Positions 10,212 to 20,628 of a DNA stretch of 64,000 nucleotides are shown here, in pieces; within the stretch, counting starts at the first letter, position 1, and each line of letters begins with the position of its first letter. The stretch is taken from assembly GCA_050290185.1 (NCBI GenBank), contig JBNKHE010000007.1, positions 128,001 to 192,000 of the forward strand, in the 5' to 3' direction. The notes beneath the pieces were generated by a model. That model was not told the origin of the DNA. It searched no databases and worked only from the letters and a program-made list of their open reading frames with translations. Position numbers and translations under genes: made by a program. This DNA is from Pontiella sp. (lineage in GTDB: Bacteria; Verrucomicrobiota; Kiritimatiellia; Kiritimatiellales; Pontiellaceae).

Positions 10212-11753
10212 ATGAGCGAAAACCAGCAGGAAATCATCGAACTGCGGCATTTGTGCATCGAGGATTATGTCGGGCTTAAAAATTCCGCAGACAAGGCCTA
10301 TGAAAAAACAGGGCTGGGCACCTGGCATGAAAAGGAGATCCAAAAGCTTCTCGATATCTTTCCGGAAGGCCAGCTTTGCATTACGCTCAACGGTAAGGTG
10401 GTGGCAAGCGCACTTTCGCTTATCATCAACTACGATGATTTCGGCGATGACCACACCTACAATGAGATCCATGGAAACTACAGTTTCAAAACGCACGATT
10501 CCGACGGTGATGTGCTCTACGGGATCGATGTCTTTGTCCACCCAGAATATCGGGGTATGCGGCTGGGCCGAAGGCTCTACGAAGGACGCAAGGAGCTGTG
10601 TGAGAACCTCAATCTGCGAGCGATCATGGCGGGGGGACGCATACCAAACTACAAGATGCACGCCGATACGCTGACGCCGCGGCAATATATCGAAAAGGTC
10701 CAGGCCCGTGAAATCTATGATCCAACCCTGACCTTTCAGCTGGCCAACGGATTTCACGTGAAGAAGGTTCTGAAGAACTATCTCGAAGGCGATGTGCAGA
10801 GCCAGGAGTTTGCCACGCTGCTCGAGTGGAACAATATCTACTACCAGCCGCATCAAAAGGTACTCAACGTGGAACGCTCCGAAGTCCGCGTGGGGCTGGT
10901 GCAGTGGCAGATGCGCCCGTTCAGCGATATGGACAAACTGATGGAGCAGGCCGAGTATTTCGTCGATGCCGTGTCCGGGTACAATTCCGATTTCCTGCTG
11001 TTCCCTGAATTCTTCAACGCGCCCCTGATGGCGCCCTACAACCATCTGCCCGAAGCCAAGGCCATGCGTGAGCTGGCTGCCTTTGCAGAGCCGCTTCGAG
11101 ATCGCTTTCTCGACCTCGCTGTTTCCTACAACGTAAACATTATCACCGGCAGCATGCCGGTGATTGAGGAAACGAGACTGCTTAATATTTCCTATCTTTG
11201 CCGCCGGGATGGTACCGTCGATTATGTCCACAAAATCCACCCAACACCTTCCGAGGTGGAGTCGTGGGGCATGGTAGGCGGCGATGAGATCAAGGTGCTT
11301 GATACCGACTGCGGTAAGATCGGGATCCTGATCTGTTATGATGTTGAATTCCCCGAGGTGTGCCGGCTGATGGCGGATGATGGCATGCGCATTCTGTTTG
11401 TTCCGTTTTGCACGGATACGCAAAACGGGTTCATGCGCGTGCGCCGCTGTGCGCAGGCCCGCGCCATCGAAAACGAATGCTACGTGGCAGTGGCCGGAGC
11501 GGTCGGCAACCTGCCGAATGTCAACAACATGGATATCCAGTACGCGCAGTCGGCCGTGTTTACGCCGTCCGATTTTTCCTTCCCTACCAACACGATCAAG
11601 ACCGAGACCACACCCAATACCGAAATGGTGCTCATCGCCGATGTGGATCTCAACCTGCTGAAAGAACTGCATGCGCGCGGTAGCGTCCGCAATCTGAAGG
11701 ATCGCCGCAGGGATCTCTATCGCGTGGTTCGCCGGAACGGTTCCTCCCGGTAA
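10212..11753 (+). CDS. Bifunctional GNAT acetyltransferase / carbon-nitrogen hydrolase
   Basis: GNAT motif VHPEYRGMRLGRRLY; nitrilase triad FPE, KIH, ICYDVEFPE. Confidence 0.9.
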   Translation: MSENQQEIIELRHLCIEDYVGLKNSADKAYEKTGLGTWHEKEIQKLLDIFPEGQLCITLNGKVVASALSLIINYDDFGDDHTYNEIHGNYSFKTHDSDGDVLYGIDVFVHPEYRGMRLGRRLYEGRKELCENLNLRAIMAGGRIPNYKMHADTLTPRQYIEKVQAREIYDPTLTFQLANGFHVKKVLKNYLEGDVQSQEFATLLEWNNIYYQPHQKVLNVERSEVRVGLVQWQMRPFSDMDKLMEQAEYFVDAVSGYNSDFLLFPEFFNAPLMAPYNHLPEAKAMRELAAFAEPLRDRFLDLAVSYNVNIITGSMPVIEETRLLNISYLCRRDGTVDYVHKIHPTPSEVESWGMVGGDEIKVLDTDCGKIGILICYDVEFPEVCRLMADDGMRILFVPFCTDTQNGFMRVRRCAQARAIENECYVAVAGAVGNLPNVNNMDIQYAQSAVFTPSDFSFPTNTIKTETTPNTEMVLIADVDLNLLKELHARGSVRNLKDRRRDLYRVVRRNGSSR

Positions 11754-11824
11754 CCTGCCTGTCCCATCATTTGTATGGATTACACCCTTTCAACCAGCGT
11801 GTGTTTTAATTACCGTCTGTTCCC

Positions 11825-12622
11825 ATGAATTGGATGTTATCTCTTGAAAAGCGTTTCGGGTCGTGGGCCATTCCCAATCTGACTCTCTATCTGTTGCTCA
11901 TGCAGGTTATAGGAGCGTTTCTGTTGCTGGGGCATTATGTCTCGGTAACCGATATGGTGCTGCATGGAAGTTCCGTGATCGACCGGGGGCAGTGGTGGCG
12001 TCTGGTTACCTTCATGATGTTGCCGAAAACGCTGAGCCCGTTGTGGCTCGTGTTCGCGTTCTACATTTTTTATCTCATGGGAACCGCCCTCGAGGCCCAA
12101 TGGGGGGCGTTCCGGTTCAACCTGTTCATTCTGTGCGGCTATCTCTTGACCGTAGGTATGGCGTTTATCAATCCCGGAACGGTACTCAGCAATTTTTATT
12201 TTCTGGGTGTGGTGTTCATGGCCTTTGCGACTTTGTTTCCGAATTTTGAACTCCGCCTTTATTTCATCCTGCCCATCAAGGTGAAGTGGCTGGGCTGGCT
12301 GACTTTTGCGTTCTATATCATGACCTTGCTCCAATCGACCAAGGGCCCTGGCGGGATTGTGGTGGTCGGGAATAAGCTGGCTGTGGCAGCGGCCTTGGCA
12401 AACTATGCGCTTTTCTTCGGCAAGGATATGCTCCGCAACATGAACGCCGCCAAGCGCAGGAAGGCCTTTCATGCGAGAGCGACTGAGCTGAACGACCAGC
12501 CTCGGCACGTATGTACGGAGTGCGGGATTACCGACAAGAGCGATCCTGCCATGCTCTTCCGCTATTGCTCGACCTGCGGAAAATGTTTCTGCGAAAAGCA
12601 TATTGAAACCCACGAACATTAA
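11825..12622 (+). CDS. Rhomboid-like membrane protein with C-terminal Cys/His zinc finger
   Basis: GQWWRLVTF, several TM helices, CTECG...FRYCSTCG...FCEKH. Confidence 0.75.
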   Translation: MNWMLSLEKRFGSWAIPNLTLYLLLMQVIGAFLLLGHYVSVTDMVLHGSSVIDRGQWWRLVTFMMLPKTLSPLWLVFAFYIFYLMGTALEAQWGAFRFNLFILCGYLLTVGMAFINPGTVLSNFYFLGVVFMAFATLFPNFELRLYFILPIKVKWLGWLTFAFYIMTLLQSTKGPGGIVVVGNKLAVAAALANYALFFGKDMLRNMNAAKRRKAFHARATELNDQPRHVCTECGITDKSDPAMLFRYCSTCGKCFCEKHIETHEH

Positions 12623-12716
12623 GCGGGTTCGGGACTTGGTTTTTTTAACCGTTCTTATTCTTTGATCACCGCCACTTTCTTGGATAGTTTTTAGCCAATT
12701 GATAAAGGAGAGTGTC

Positions 12717-13601
12717 ATGAGCATCAATCAGGCTGTAGTTTTCACTAAACCGGTTCATCATTTGGGTATCGAGCTGGATTCGCAGCAACTTGACCAGCTC
12801 GTGCGGAACTATTTCGAGGGTCAGGGATTTTCCATCGTCTACAACCATCAGGTCACGGGTGCCGAGCTGGCTGAACGGGAGATCATCCGCCAGCACTATC
12901 TCATGTACAGCAAGGCCTCGTATGGTGATATCGACATTACGGTTGATGGGGAGGCTCTGTTCGCTGAATTGTTCGGTCGGGAGTGGGATGATGAGGTCGA
13001 AGGAGGCCGCATCATGGGCAATCCGCAACTGTTGGAAAACAAGGGGATCGATGCGCACCAGCTGTTCAATCTGTGGAACGCGGCCGATGTGAAAAAGGTT
13101 CAGGCCGGAGTGCTGATGGGTTGGCTGGATGCGTTGGAGTGCTATTGCATTAATGCCTTCTATCCAGCCATGGAAGCGAACTTCTACCATCCGGATACGC
13201 GCATGGACTACTATGTGATGGAGTTCGATCCCGTACAGGTATCGTGGGAACAATTCCGCAAGGATATTCTCGGTATTACCAATGCCGCCAAGGCCGCTCC
13301 GGAAAGTTTCCGTGGCCAGCTGTATGCAAAATATCCGGTCGAGTTTCCCGGTCGCGATAATTTCGTGCATGGCAGCGCCGGCCCGTTTGAAGGTATGATC
13401 GAACGCGTCATTCACGAACAGGATTTCGATCTGTCCACCAATCCAATCGGTCGCTATCTGGAAACCATTGGTGTTCCGCTTGAGCGCGTAAAAACTTGGA
13501 AGAACCGCCAGTCCATTGCCGACCTCGGCGCTCTGTTCGACGACACCGAAGAGAAGAATACCGCCGACATCTTTCCGTTTCTGGACGCCGTCGCGTGGTA
13601 G
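12717..13601 (+). CDS. Nucleoside-diphosphate-kinase-like protein
   Basis: N-terminal AVVFTKP, 'PESFRG' and 'NFVHGSAGPFEG' resemble the NDK catalytic NxxHGS motif; about twice the normal NDK length. Confidence 0.5.
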   Translation: MSINQAVVFTKPVHHLGIELDSQQLDQLVRNYFEGQGFSIVYNHQVTGAELAEREIIRQHYLMYSKASYGDIDITVDGEALFAELFGREWDDEVEGGRIMGNPQLLENKGIDAHQLFNLWNAADVKKVQAGVLMGWLDALECYCINAFYPAMEANFYHPDTRMDYYVMEFDPVQVSWEQFRKDILGITNAAKAAPESFRGQLYAKYPVEFPGRDNFVHGSAGPFEGMIERVIHEQDFDLSTNPIGRYLETIGVPLERVKTWKNRQSIADLGALFDDTEEKNTADIFPFLDAVAW

Positions 13602-13667
13602 TCATTGAACGTCGTGGTTCGTGAGCGGTCTTTATTTTATCCAAACCCAAAGAAAGGAGCAGGAACG

Positions 13668-13808
13668 ATGAAGAAAATAATGAGTATGGCGTTGGTTGCG
13701 TTGTTCGTGGTTGCAGTCAGCGGATGTTGCAGCATGAAAGGCAAAAAATGCTGCGCAAAGAGCGGCACATGCCCCATGCAACCTGCAGCCGAAAAAGCGG
13801 ACATGTAA
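13668..13808 (+). CDS. Small Cys-rich lipoprotein
   Basis: SD AAGGAG; lipobox VSGC; CC and C residues downstream. Confidence 0.6.
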   Translation: MKKIMSMALVALFVVAVSGCCSMKGKKCCAKSGTCPMQPAAEKADM

Positions 13809-13823
13809 TCCTGTCCGGGATTC

Positions 13824-13858
13824 AAAAAAAAGCCCCGTTCACCACGGGGCTTTTTTTT
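13824..13858. terminator. Bidirectional Rho-independent terminator
   Basis: A-run, GCCCCGT-loop-ACGGGGC hairpin, T-run, between convergent genes. Confidence 0.85.
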
Positions 13859-13988
13859 GTGTCCTGTTGGGGAGTGGGGATGTTATTCAGGGCGTATCAT
13901 TTCGAAGCGGTCGCGGGTACGGCGCAGTACCAGTACGGCGAGGCCATGCGGCCGATGACGTGGAAATGGTCCGCGACGATGCGCCCGA

Positions 13989-15863
13989 TCATACGGGTAG
14001 TATGATCTTGAAGATGGTTTCCTCATTGGGCTTGCTTGAGCATTCGAGGGTTCCTCCGATGGCGTTGACCATGCGGTGACATAGCGCCAGCCCGAGCCCC
14101 ATACCCGTATGTTCCCTGGTCATGTAGTCTTCCGTCTGTGAGAAGATTTCCATCATTGTTTCGATTTGCTTCTCATCAAAGCCCGGTCCCTGGTCGATCA
14201 CCGAAACCGTGATGGATCGTTCATGGCGGGACAGCAACTCGTCTAGAACCACCTGGACGCGTCCCTTTTGCGAAAACTTGATCGAGTTTTCAAGCAGCTT
14301 GCAAACGGCCAGCTTGAGATAGGGCCAATGGATTTCCAGGCAGGGACTGTGCGGAAAGAACGAATGGAATTCCAGTGCCAGTCCCTTCTTCCGTGCAGAG
14401 GGGCGACATTCCCCGACCAGCGCGGCCAGGTGATCCGCAATGCTGCAGGTTTCGGGTTTGATTTTTCCGGTTGCGCTGTTCGCATTCGTGTATTCGAGAA
14501 TGTCGTTCACGATGCCGAGCAGGCAATGGCTGCTATCCATGATATCGTTTGTATATTCCAAGCGGGCCCCAGGATCGTTTTCTTCAGCCAGCAGTGCGGT
14601 AAAACCGTCGATAGCATTCAGCGGCGTGCGGAATTCGTGCGAAACCATCATGAGAAACTCGGACTTGGCCTTGGAGGCAACTTCCGCCGTTTCCTTTGCC
14701 TCCTTCAGTTCAAGGGCAGTACGGTTGCGCAATTGCTGCAGACGGATCAATCCTGTAATCAATGCGGTTTGCATGATGATGAAAAGTGCTCCGATGATCA
14801 GGAACATCCTGTAGCGGTTGATGCGGGTATCGGGTGCCCCGATGATAACCGCATCACTGATCAGCGGACTTTTGGTAAGGCCGTAATGTTTGAGTCCGCC
14901 GTAGTTGAAGATCTTTTGGCCGACTGCTTCGTAGACCGGAGGAATGTTCTCCACGGGAGTTCCGCTGATCACTTCCAGAACCATTTGTGCCGCCATGGCT
15001 CCCTGTTTCTGCCCGTCCTGAACAATCCCGCCCAGTGCACCGTATTCCACAAAGCGTTTGTTCAGGACAAAAACCGGCGGGCCGATACTACCGATCCGCT
15101 TAATCACATCGGCACCCGCACCCATGCGAATCTCATTGAAGGTCAGGCCGAAGTAAAAGATGATGGACGGGACGTTCCTGACGCCTTCCTTCACGCGTGA
15201 AATGACTTCATCAACCGATGTTCCTTGCGCCTGCCGGATAGTCACACAGTCCGTGTAGGGAAGTATGGACGGCAGACGGCAGACTTGTTCTTCGACCCTG
15301 TTGCCGCCTACATAATCCGTAATGCAGACAATCTGCCTGGCCTTGGGAAACAACTGATGGGCCAATTTCATTGCTTCGATGGGGTGGCCACCTTCCATCA
15401 CGCCGGTTGATCCAGGACATTTCTCGAGAATCTCCGGCGACATGAAGTTAATTCCGCAGGTTACAACCGGTACATTCTTGAACAGCGTGTTTCTGTTTTG
15501 GGCCACAAAATCGAAGGCCGAATCGTCCGACGTCAACACGGCAGCAAGGGGCATGTTCCCGTATTTAAGTTCTAAGACGCGCTGCAGGGTGGGCTTATAT
15601 TCCTTGAAGTCGCTCCGTTTGGCATCGAGGTATTCGGTGTGGAGTTCAACCTTGCCATCAAGCGTTTCAAGTATGCTGTCCGCCAGAGAATCGGACCAGG
15701 GATATCCCCGATGGTAGGAGTTGATGTAAAGAACTTTCGGCAGTTCCTTGGTCCTTGCCTGTTCTCCAAAGGAGGATGGAAGGATGGTCAGGGCAAGAAA
15801 GAGCGTTGCCAAGAGAATCTGGCAACGCTTTATCTTATCTGTGGGAATGTCCGTTATATGCAT
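13989..15863 (-). CDS. Sensor histidine kinase with periplasmic ABC-substrate-binding-like domain
   Basis: INSYHRGYPWS sensor start; H-box SHEFRTPLNAI; N/G boxes (LLENSIKF, DQGPG, GMGLGL). Confidence 0.9.
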   Translation of the reverse strand: MHITDIPTDKIKRCQILLATLFLALTILPSSFGEQARTKELPKVLYINSYHRGYPWSDSLADSILETLDGKVELHTEYLDAKRSDFKEYKPTLQRVLELKYGNMPLAAVLTSDDSAFDFVAQNRNTLFKNVPVVTCGINFMSPEILEKCPGSTGVMEGGHPIEAMKLAHQLFPKARQIVCITDYVGGNRVEEQVCRLPSILPYTDCVTIRQAQGTSVDEVISRVKEGVRNVPSIIFYFGLTFNEIRMGAGADVIKRIGSIGPPVFVLNKRFVEYGALGGIVQDGQKQGAMAAQMVLEVISGTPVENIPPVYEAVGQKIFNYGGLKHYGLTKSPLISDAVIIGAPDTRINRYRMFLIIGALFIIMQTALITGLIRLQQLRNRTALELKEAKETAEVASKAKSEFLMMVSHEFRTPLNAIDGFTALLAEENDPGARLEYTNDIMDSSHCLLGIVNDILEYTNANSATGKIKPETCSIADHLAALVGECRPSARKKGLALEFHSFFPHSPCLEIHWPYLKLAVCKLLENSIKFSQKGRVQVVLDELLSRHERSITVSVIDQGPGFDEKQIETMMEIFSQTEDYMTREHTGMGLGLALCHRMVNAIGGTLECSSKPNEETIFKIILPV

Positions 15864-15895
15864 TACGGAATTGTTATTCGTTCTGAACCGTTCCG

Positions 15896-17434
15896 CTAGA
15901 AGTCGACGATGTTGGAGATGTAGGCTTCCAGCTCATCGATGGGCAGGCGAATCTGTTCCATGCTGTCGCGGTCGCGGATGGTTACGCAGTTGTCCTGTTC
16001 GATGGTTTCAAAGTCGACCGTCACGCACAGCGGGGTACCGATTTCATCCTGACGACGGTAGCGACGGCCGATGGCTCCGGTCTGGTCGTAGAATGTTTTC
16101 CAGCGCTTGGAGAGCTGGTTGTATACTTCGCGCGCTTTTTCCACCAGGGGTTCTTTGTTTTTCACAAGCGGAAGAACGGCCACCTTATACGGGGCAATGC
16201 ACGGCGAGAACCGCAGAACGGTACGGGCTTCGTAGCCTTCCGGCGCGCGCTTGGCATCGACTTCCGCGGTAACGACTTCTCCGGTTTCTTTGTTGATCCA
16301 TTCTTCGCGGTACGCTTCGCACAACAAGGCCAGGGCAATGCGGTCCACGCCGGCTGAAGGTTCGATGACGTGCGGAATGTAGGTTTCGTTCGTATCCGGA
16401 TCGTGGTATTCGAGCTTTTTCCCGGCCGTGTTCTGGTGCTGAGTCAGATCGAAGTTGCCGCGTGCGGCGATACCTTCGAGTTCCTGCGTGCCGAAGGGGA
16501 AGTCGTACATAATGTCCGTGCAGGCCGAGGCATAGTGGGCGAGGGCGTCGCCTTCGTGGATGTCGCGGTGCATGCGGCCTTCCGGAAGCCCGACCTTTTC
16601 GTACCATTTCAGACGTTCGGCCACCCAGTATTCGTGCTGCTCGGCATCGGTTCCGGGTTTGATGAAGAATTCGAGTTCCATCTGTTCAAACTCGCGGGAG
16701 CGGAAGGTGTAGTTCCGCGGGTTGATTTCGTTCCGGAAGGCTTTTCCTATCTGCGCGATGCCGAAGGGCACCTTGTTGCGGACGGTGGAGCAGACATTGC
16801 CGAATTGGGCGAAGATGCCCTGTGCAGTCTCCGGACGGAGATACGCGACGTTGGAACTTTCTTCGACGGGGCCGACGTAGGTCTTGAACATCAGGTTGAA
16901 TGCACGCGGTTCGGTCAGCGTACCCGGTTCGTTGGTGTCGGGACCGACCAGCTTGTTGTAGTGATCTAGCGGAATATCGAGCAGGGCCACTTCTTCGTAG
17001 TCGGCGGCATCGCCTTTGACGATTTTGGCCATCTTCTTTTCAGCGGGCGCCGGCGCGTTTTCGTGGAAGGCAAACATCAGGGCGTCGGCATCGGTCTTGT
17101 GCTTGAGCACGAAGATCTGGTCGGCGCGGTAGCGGCCTTTGGTTTCGCGGCAGTCGAGCATCGGATCCTTGAAGTTGCCGACATGGCCGGATGCTTCCCA
17201 GACGCGCGGATGCATGATGATGGCGCTGTCGAGGCCAACGATGTCCTCGCGCAGCTGGGTCATGGATTTCCACCAGCACGCCTTGATATTGCGCTTCATT
17301 TCAACGCCGAGCGGGCCGTAGTCCCAGAATCCGTTGATGCCGCCGTAGATTTCCGAGGTCTGGAAAATAAAACCACGCCGTTTGCAGAGACTGACAAGGG
17401 CGTCCATTGTTACTTCATAGTCGTTTGCTTTCAT
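15896..17434 (-). CDS. glyQS: Glycine--tRNA ligase (homodimeric alpha2 type)
   Basis: LCKRRGF, DYGPLG, LRPETAQG, FRNEINP, IEPSAG, GRRYRRQDEIGTP. Start set at ATG 17434. Confidence 0.95.
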   Translation of the reverse strand: MKANDYEVTMDALVSLCKRRGFIFQTSEIYGGINGFWDYGPLGVEMKRNIKACWWKSMTQLREDIVGLDSAIIMHPRVWEASGHVGNFKDPMLDCRETKGRYRADQIFVLKHKTDADALMFAFHENAPAPAEKKMAKIVKGDAADYEEVALLDIPLDHYNKLVGPDTNEPGTLTEPRAFNLMFKTYVGPVEESSNVAYLRPETAQGIFAQFGNVCSTVRNKVPFGIAQIGKAFRNEINPRNYTFRSREFEQMELEFFIKPGTDAEQHEYWVAERLKWYEKVGLPEGRMHRDIHEGDALAHYASACTDIMYDFPFGTQELEGIAARGNFDLTQHQNTAGKKLEYHDPDTNETYIPHVIEPSAGVDRIALALLCEAYREEWINKETGEVVTAEVDAKRAPEGYEARTVLRFSPCIAPYKVAVLPLVKNKEPLVEKAREVYNQLSKRWKTFYDQTGAIGRRYRRQDEIGTPLCVTVDFETIEQDNCVTIRDRDSMEQIRLPIDELEAYISNIVDF

Positions 17435-17553
17435 AAGACGGGCGAGAATGCCCAAGGCCGACAAACCGGTCAAGGATGAAGGGGCGAAATGATTACAGAT
17501 TCGCGGGGTTTTAAACTGTGCATCCGGCCCGGCCATGGATAGGTTATCAGCGT

Positions 17554-17958
17554 ATGAAGAACCAGCATTCCCGTAGAATAGTCCCGATATCGGCTGTAAC
17601 GATCGTTGTAATAGCCATTCTGATAATGTTCGAGGCATTGGTCATCAGTGGTGCCGTGGAGACCAAGGCTTCGACCATCGCAAAAGTGGCTCCCTGGGCC
17701 TATGAGCCGTTTCTCAAGCTGGTTGGGGAGCATCCGGATTCGTACCGGAAACGGGGGGATGTGGACAGTCGCCGCGATACACAGCCGGAAGCATCCGCTA
17801 TCGATATGGTGACCGGCTTAAGTGCGGAATCTCTGCTGGTCGAGACGAACGTTGTTCCTGATATCCAGGAATCCATGGATACAACCAACACTCCTGCAGA
17901 ACCCTCCGCAACACCTCTGTCCGACCCGGAACCGGAGAAGGTGGTGCCGGTGGGTTGA
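17554..17958 (+). CDS. Hypothetical membrane-anchored protein
   Basis: One TM helix followed by an acidic low-complexity tail. Confidence 0.5.
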   Translation: MKNQHSRRIVPISAVTIVVIAILIMFEALVISGAVETKASTIAKVAPWAYEPFLKLVGEHPDSYRKRGDVDSRRDTQPEASAIDMVTGLSAESLLVETNVVPDIQESMDTTNTPAEPSATPLSDPEPEKVVPVG

Positions 17959-18690
17959 TCACACCTGCCAGTAGGCTAGAAACTCGATATTTCCGGCGGG
18001 GCCCTTGATGGGGGAGTCGCACAGGCCCACCCACCGAAAGCCCAGCTCTTCCGTGCCGAAGCGCTTTACCTTCTCGATCACTTCCTCGTGGATGGCCGGG
18101 TCGCGCACTACGCCGCCCTTGCCGACCTGATCTTTGCCCGCCTCGAACTGCGGTTTGATCAACGATACAATATGCCCGCCCGGTTTGAGCAGGTTCTTGA
18201 GTGGCGGGAGAATGTTGGTCAGCGAGATAAACGATGTATCAATGCTGCAGAAGTCGGCCTTTTCCGGTATGTCGGCTTCGGTGAGGTAGCGGGCATTGGT
18301 GTTTTCCATCACCACCACGCGCGGATCTGCGCGCAAGCGATAATGCAACTGGTTGGTTCCACAATCCACGGCATAGACTTTGTCGGCCCCGTGCTGAAGC
18401 ATGAAGTCGGTAAAGCCGCCGGTGGACGATCCGATATCGAGGCAGACAGTCCCAGTGAGTTCGAATTGAAACTGTTTCCACGCGCCTTCGATTTTCAGGC
18501 CGCCGCGGCTGACATACTTCTCCGGTTCTTTGACGAAGAGCTTTGCGTCGTCGCGATACTGATGGCCCGGTTTCCCGGCAGGTTGGTCGTCCACGCGCAC
18601 CTTGCCGGCCCGGATCAGGCGCTGTGCCTGTTCCCGGCTTTCGGCGAGCCCGTTCTGGACGAGCAGTTGATCTAATCTAATCTTAGCCAT
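17959..18690 (-). CDS. tlyA: TlyA family RNA methyltransferase
   Basis: S4 domain RLDQLL, YVSRGGLK, DIGSSTGGFTD, LIKPQFE, GNIEFL. Confidence 0.93.
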   Translation of the reverse strand: MAKIRLDQLLVQNGLAESREQAQRLIRAGKVRVDDQPAGKPGHQYRDDAKLFVKEPEKYVSRGGLKIEGAWKQFQFELTGTVCLDIGSSTGGFTDFMLQHGADKVYAVDCGTNQLHYRLRADPRVVVMENTNARYLTEADIPEKADFCSIDTSFISLTNILPPLKNLLKPGGHIVSLIKPQFEAGKDQVGKGGVVRDPAIHEEVIEKVKRFGTEELGFRWVGLCDSPIKGPAGNIEFLAYWQV

Positions 18691-18859
18691 GCATAACGTT
18701 AACAGGCTTCATGCCTTGATTGCCAACTCTTCCTTTGAACGCTTGTTGTCCGGTGATGTTATATCGTTGTCTTAAGGCGTTTTAGGTGTAGGGGGAGGCG
18801 AAGATAGGACGGATGTCAAAAATAGGTGAGTGGGGGCCATGGATTGAATGCTGGACAGG

Positions 18860-19549
18860 CTAAGTTCGGGACAGGTCGGCTAGGGCGAGGCTGGCGGCCT
18901 TGCGTTCGGCTTCGCGTTTGCTTCCGGCGGATGCTTTCCATGACTGGTTGCAGGCTTTGACTTCAACCGTGAAGATGCGGTCGTGCTCGGGGCCGGCGGT
19001 CTCGACGGTATCGTATTCGGGGATGTCGAAGCCGTGACTCTGGGCATGTTCCTGCAAGGCGCCTTTGGGATTGCTCTTGGCCGGCGCAGATTGAAGATCT
19101 TCCAGCTCGGGTAGGAATACGGTCTTGAAAATTTTATTCACGGCACGTGCACCGCCGTCGATCCATGCGGCTCCAATGATAGCCTCGACGGCATCGGCCA
19201 GATTGGAGGCGCGCTTGGCCCCGCCGTTCATTTCTTCGCCCCGGCCGAGCCGAAGGAAATCGCTGATGCCGATATTCGCACCGATACGGGCGAGCGTGCG
19301 GTCCTGGGTGAGGCGACTGCGCAGCTTGCTCATGGCGCCTTCCCGGGCATCGGGTTTGGAATGGAACAGATGCTCCGCTGAAATAAGGCTGAGGACGGCG
19401 TCACCAAGATATTCGAGGCGCTGGTTGTCGTCATCGGCCTCGCTGTTTTCATAGCGGAAGGAGGGATGGGTGAGCGCAAGTTCCAGCAAGGCTTTCTTTT
19501 TGAAGCGGTAGCCGATGGCTTGTTCGAGTTTTCGGTAGGTTAACTTCAT
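18860..19549 (-). CDS. rnc: Ribonuclease III
   Basis: ALTHPS, NQRLEYLGDAVL signature, ADAVEAIIGA, dsRBD (SKREAE). Confidence 0.95.
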   Translation of the reverse strand: MKLTYRKLEQAIGYRFKKKALLELALTHPSFRYENSEADDDNQRLEYLGDAVLSLISAEHLFHSKPDAREGAMSKLRSRLTQDRTLARIGANIGISDFLRLGRGEEMNGGAKRASNLADAVEAIIGAAWIDGGARAVNKIFKTVFLPELEDLQSAPAKSNPKGALQEHAQSHGFDIPEYDTVETAGPEHDRIFTVEVKACNQSWKASAGSKREAERKAASLALADLSRT

Positions 19550-19629
19550 GATTAAGCCATGGACGCGCACGGATGGGCATCTGTGAGAATTTTGATTCTG
19601 TGTTTTTCAGTGTTCATCTGTGGCGGATA

Positions 19630-20514
19630 TTAAAACGGTGCCGCGGTGCCGATCTTGGTGTTGATGGCGGCTTCGGCGATGGATCGTCCGTCGATGAGTT
19701 TAGGCTGAAGGCGCGGGCGCCAGTGACGGCGCCGGCTCTTGACGAGTATTTGGTGGCCCGGCAGGAATTCCAGCAAGGAGAAGATCCAGAGCAGGGGATA
19801 GGCGATTCCGGCCAGACCGTGGAGCCGGCGATACCGGTACAGCAGATCCTTTTCCGGATTCTTTTTGACCAGCCAGTAGTAGTCCTGTAGCAGGCGGGTC
19901 TGCACAAACTCGCCCAGGGTAGCGGCGGATTCCAGAAGCCCGTTGGAATAGGTAATGGTTTCGGGGACGTCGAAGCCGTCTTTAAGGATGTTGAAAAGCT
20001 CGTTGACCTTGTATCCGTTTCGGCGCTGTCCCTTGGCCATGGGGGAAATATCGAAAGCCCGCTGGAGCAGGGCAACCAGACTGAAGGGAACCCGCCGGGT
20101 TTCGGTGATGATGACCCATCCGTCATTTTTCAGTACGCGGTGGCATTCGTGCAGGAATTCATAATCGTTGTGAATACCCTTAAGCGCATCGACGATTACG
20201 ACCCGGTCAAAAAGGCCATCCTCGAACGGGAGCTTGCCGTTGTCGATGAGGGTGATGGGGTCGTTCGTGGAAAACGTGAGCGAATCGCTGGCGGTCTTGT
20301 TGACCACGGCGGTTTTCCAGCTGCCGCCCAGCGTGCGCAGGCTGGTGCTGATGATGCCGTCCCCGGCACTGATTTCGAGGCATTGCAGGTTCATCGTTTT
20401 TCCCGCCAGCTCCGAGAGGCGATCCAGCTTGCGTCGCCGACGGATGGAACGGGTAAACAGCTTGTCCTGCCATATCCGTATTTCTTCATCTAGATTTATA
20501 TTCGGATCGCTCAT
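19630..20514 (-). CDS. Class I SAM-dependent methyltransferase-like protein
   Basis: LEISAGDG, LPFEDGLFD, RVLKNDG. Confidence 0.7.
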   Translation of the reverse strand: MSDPNINLDEEIRIWQDKLFTRSIRRRRKLDRLSELAGKTMNLQCLEISAGDGIISTSLRTLGGSWKTAVVNKTASDSLTFSTNDPITLIDNGKLPFEDGLFDRVVIVDALKGIHNDYEFLHECHRVLKNDGWVIITETRRVPFSLVALLQRAFDISPMAKGQRRNGYKVNELFNILKDGFDVPETITYSNGLLESAATLGEFVQTRLLQDYYWLVKKNPEKDLLYRYRRLHGLAGIAYPLLWIFSLLEFLPGHQILVKSRRRHWRPRLQPKLIDGRSIAEAAINTKIGTAAPF

Positions 20515-20628
20515 AGTTGCTGCGCAATATAGGAACGCATGCTCGGGTATTAAAGGTTAAAAAGAATGTAGTTCCGCCATAAAGGCGGTGCGGTTGGTGC
20601 GGCTGGGTTCGGTGAACTTGCTCCGCGT

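Noticed and set aside
10167..11672. 501-aa antisense ORF (and similar long shadow ORFs, e.g. 14268-15200, 20737-21609, 50880-51821)
   Set aside because: Antisense to well-supported genes, with no motifs; expected in GC-rich coding DNA.
17435..17638. N-terminal extensions in the ORF track (glyQS; likewise 25536-25694, 26279-26434, 29123-29200, 55054-55200)
   Set aside because: They overlap neighbouring genes; downstream starts fit SD sites, coupling or family N-termini better.
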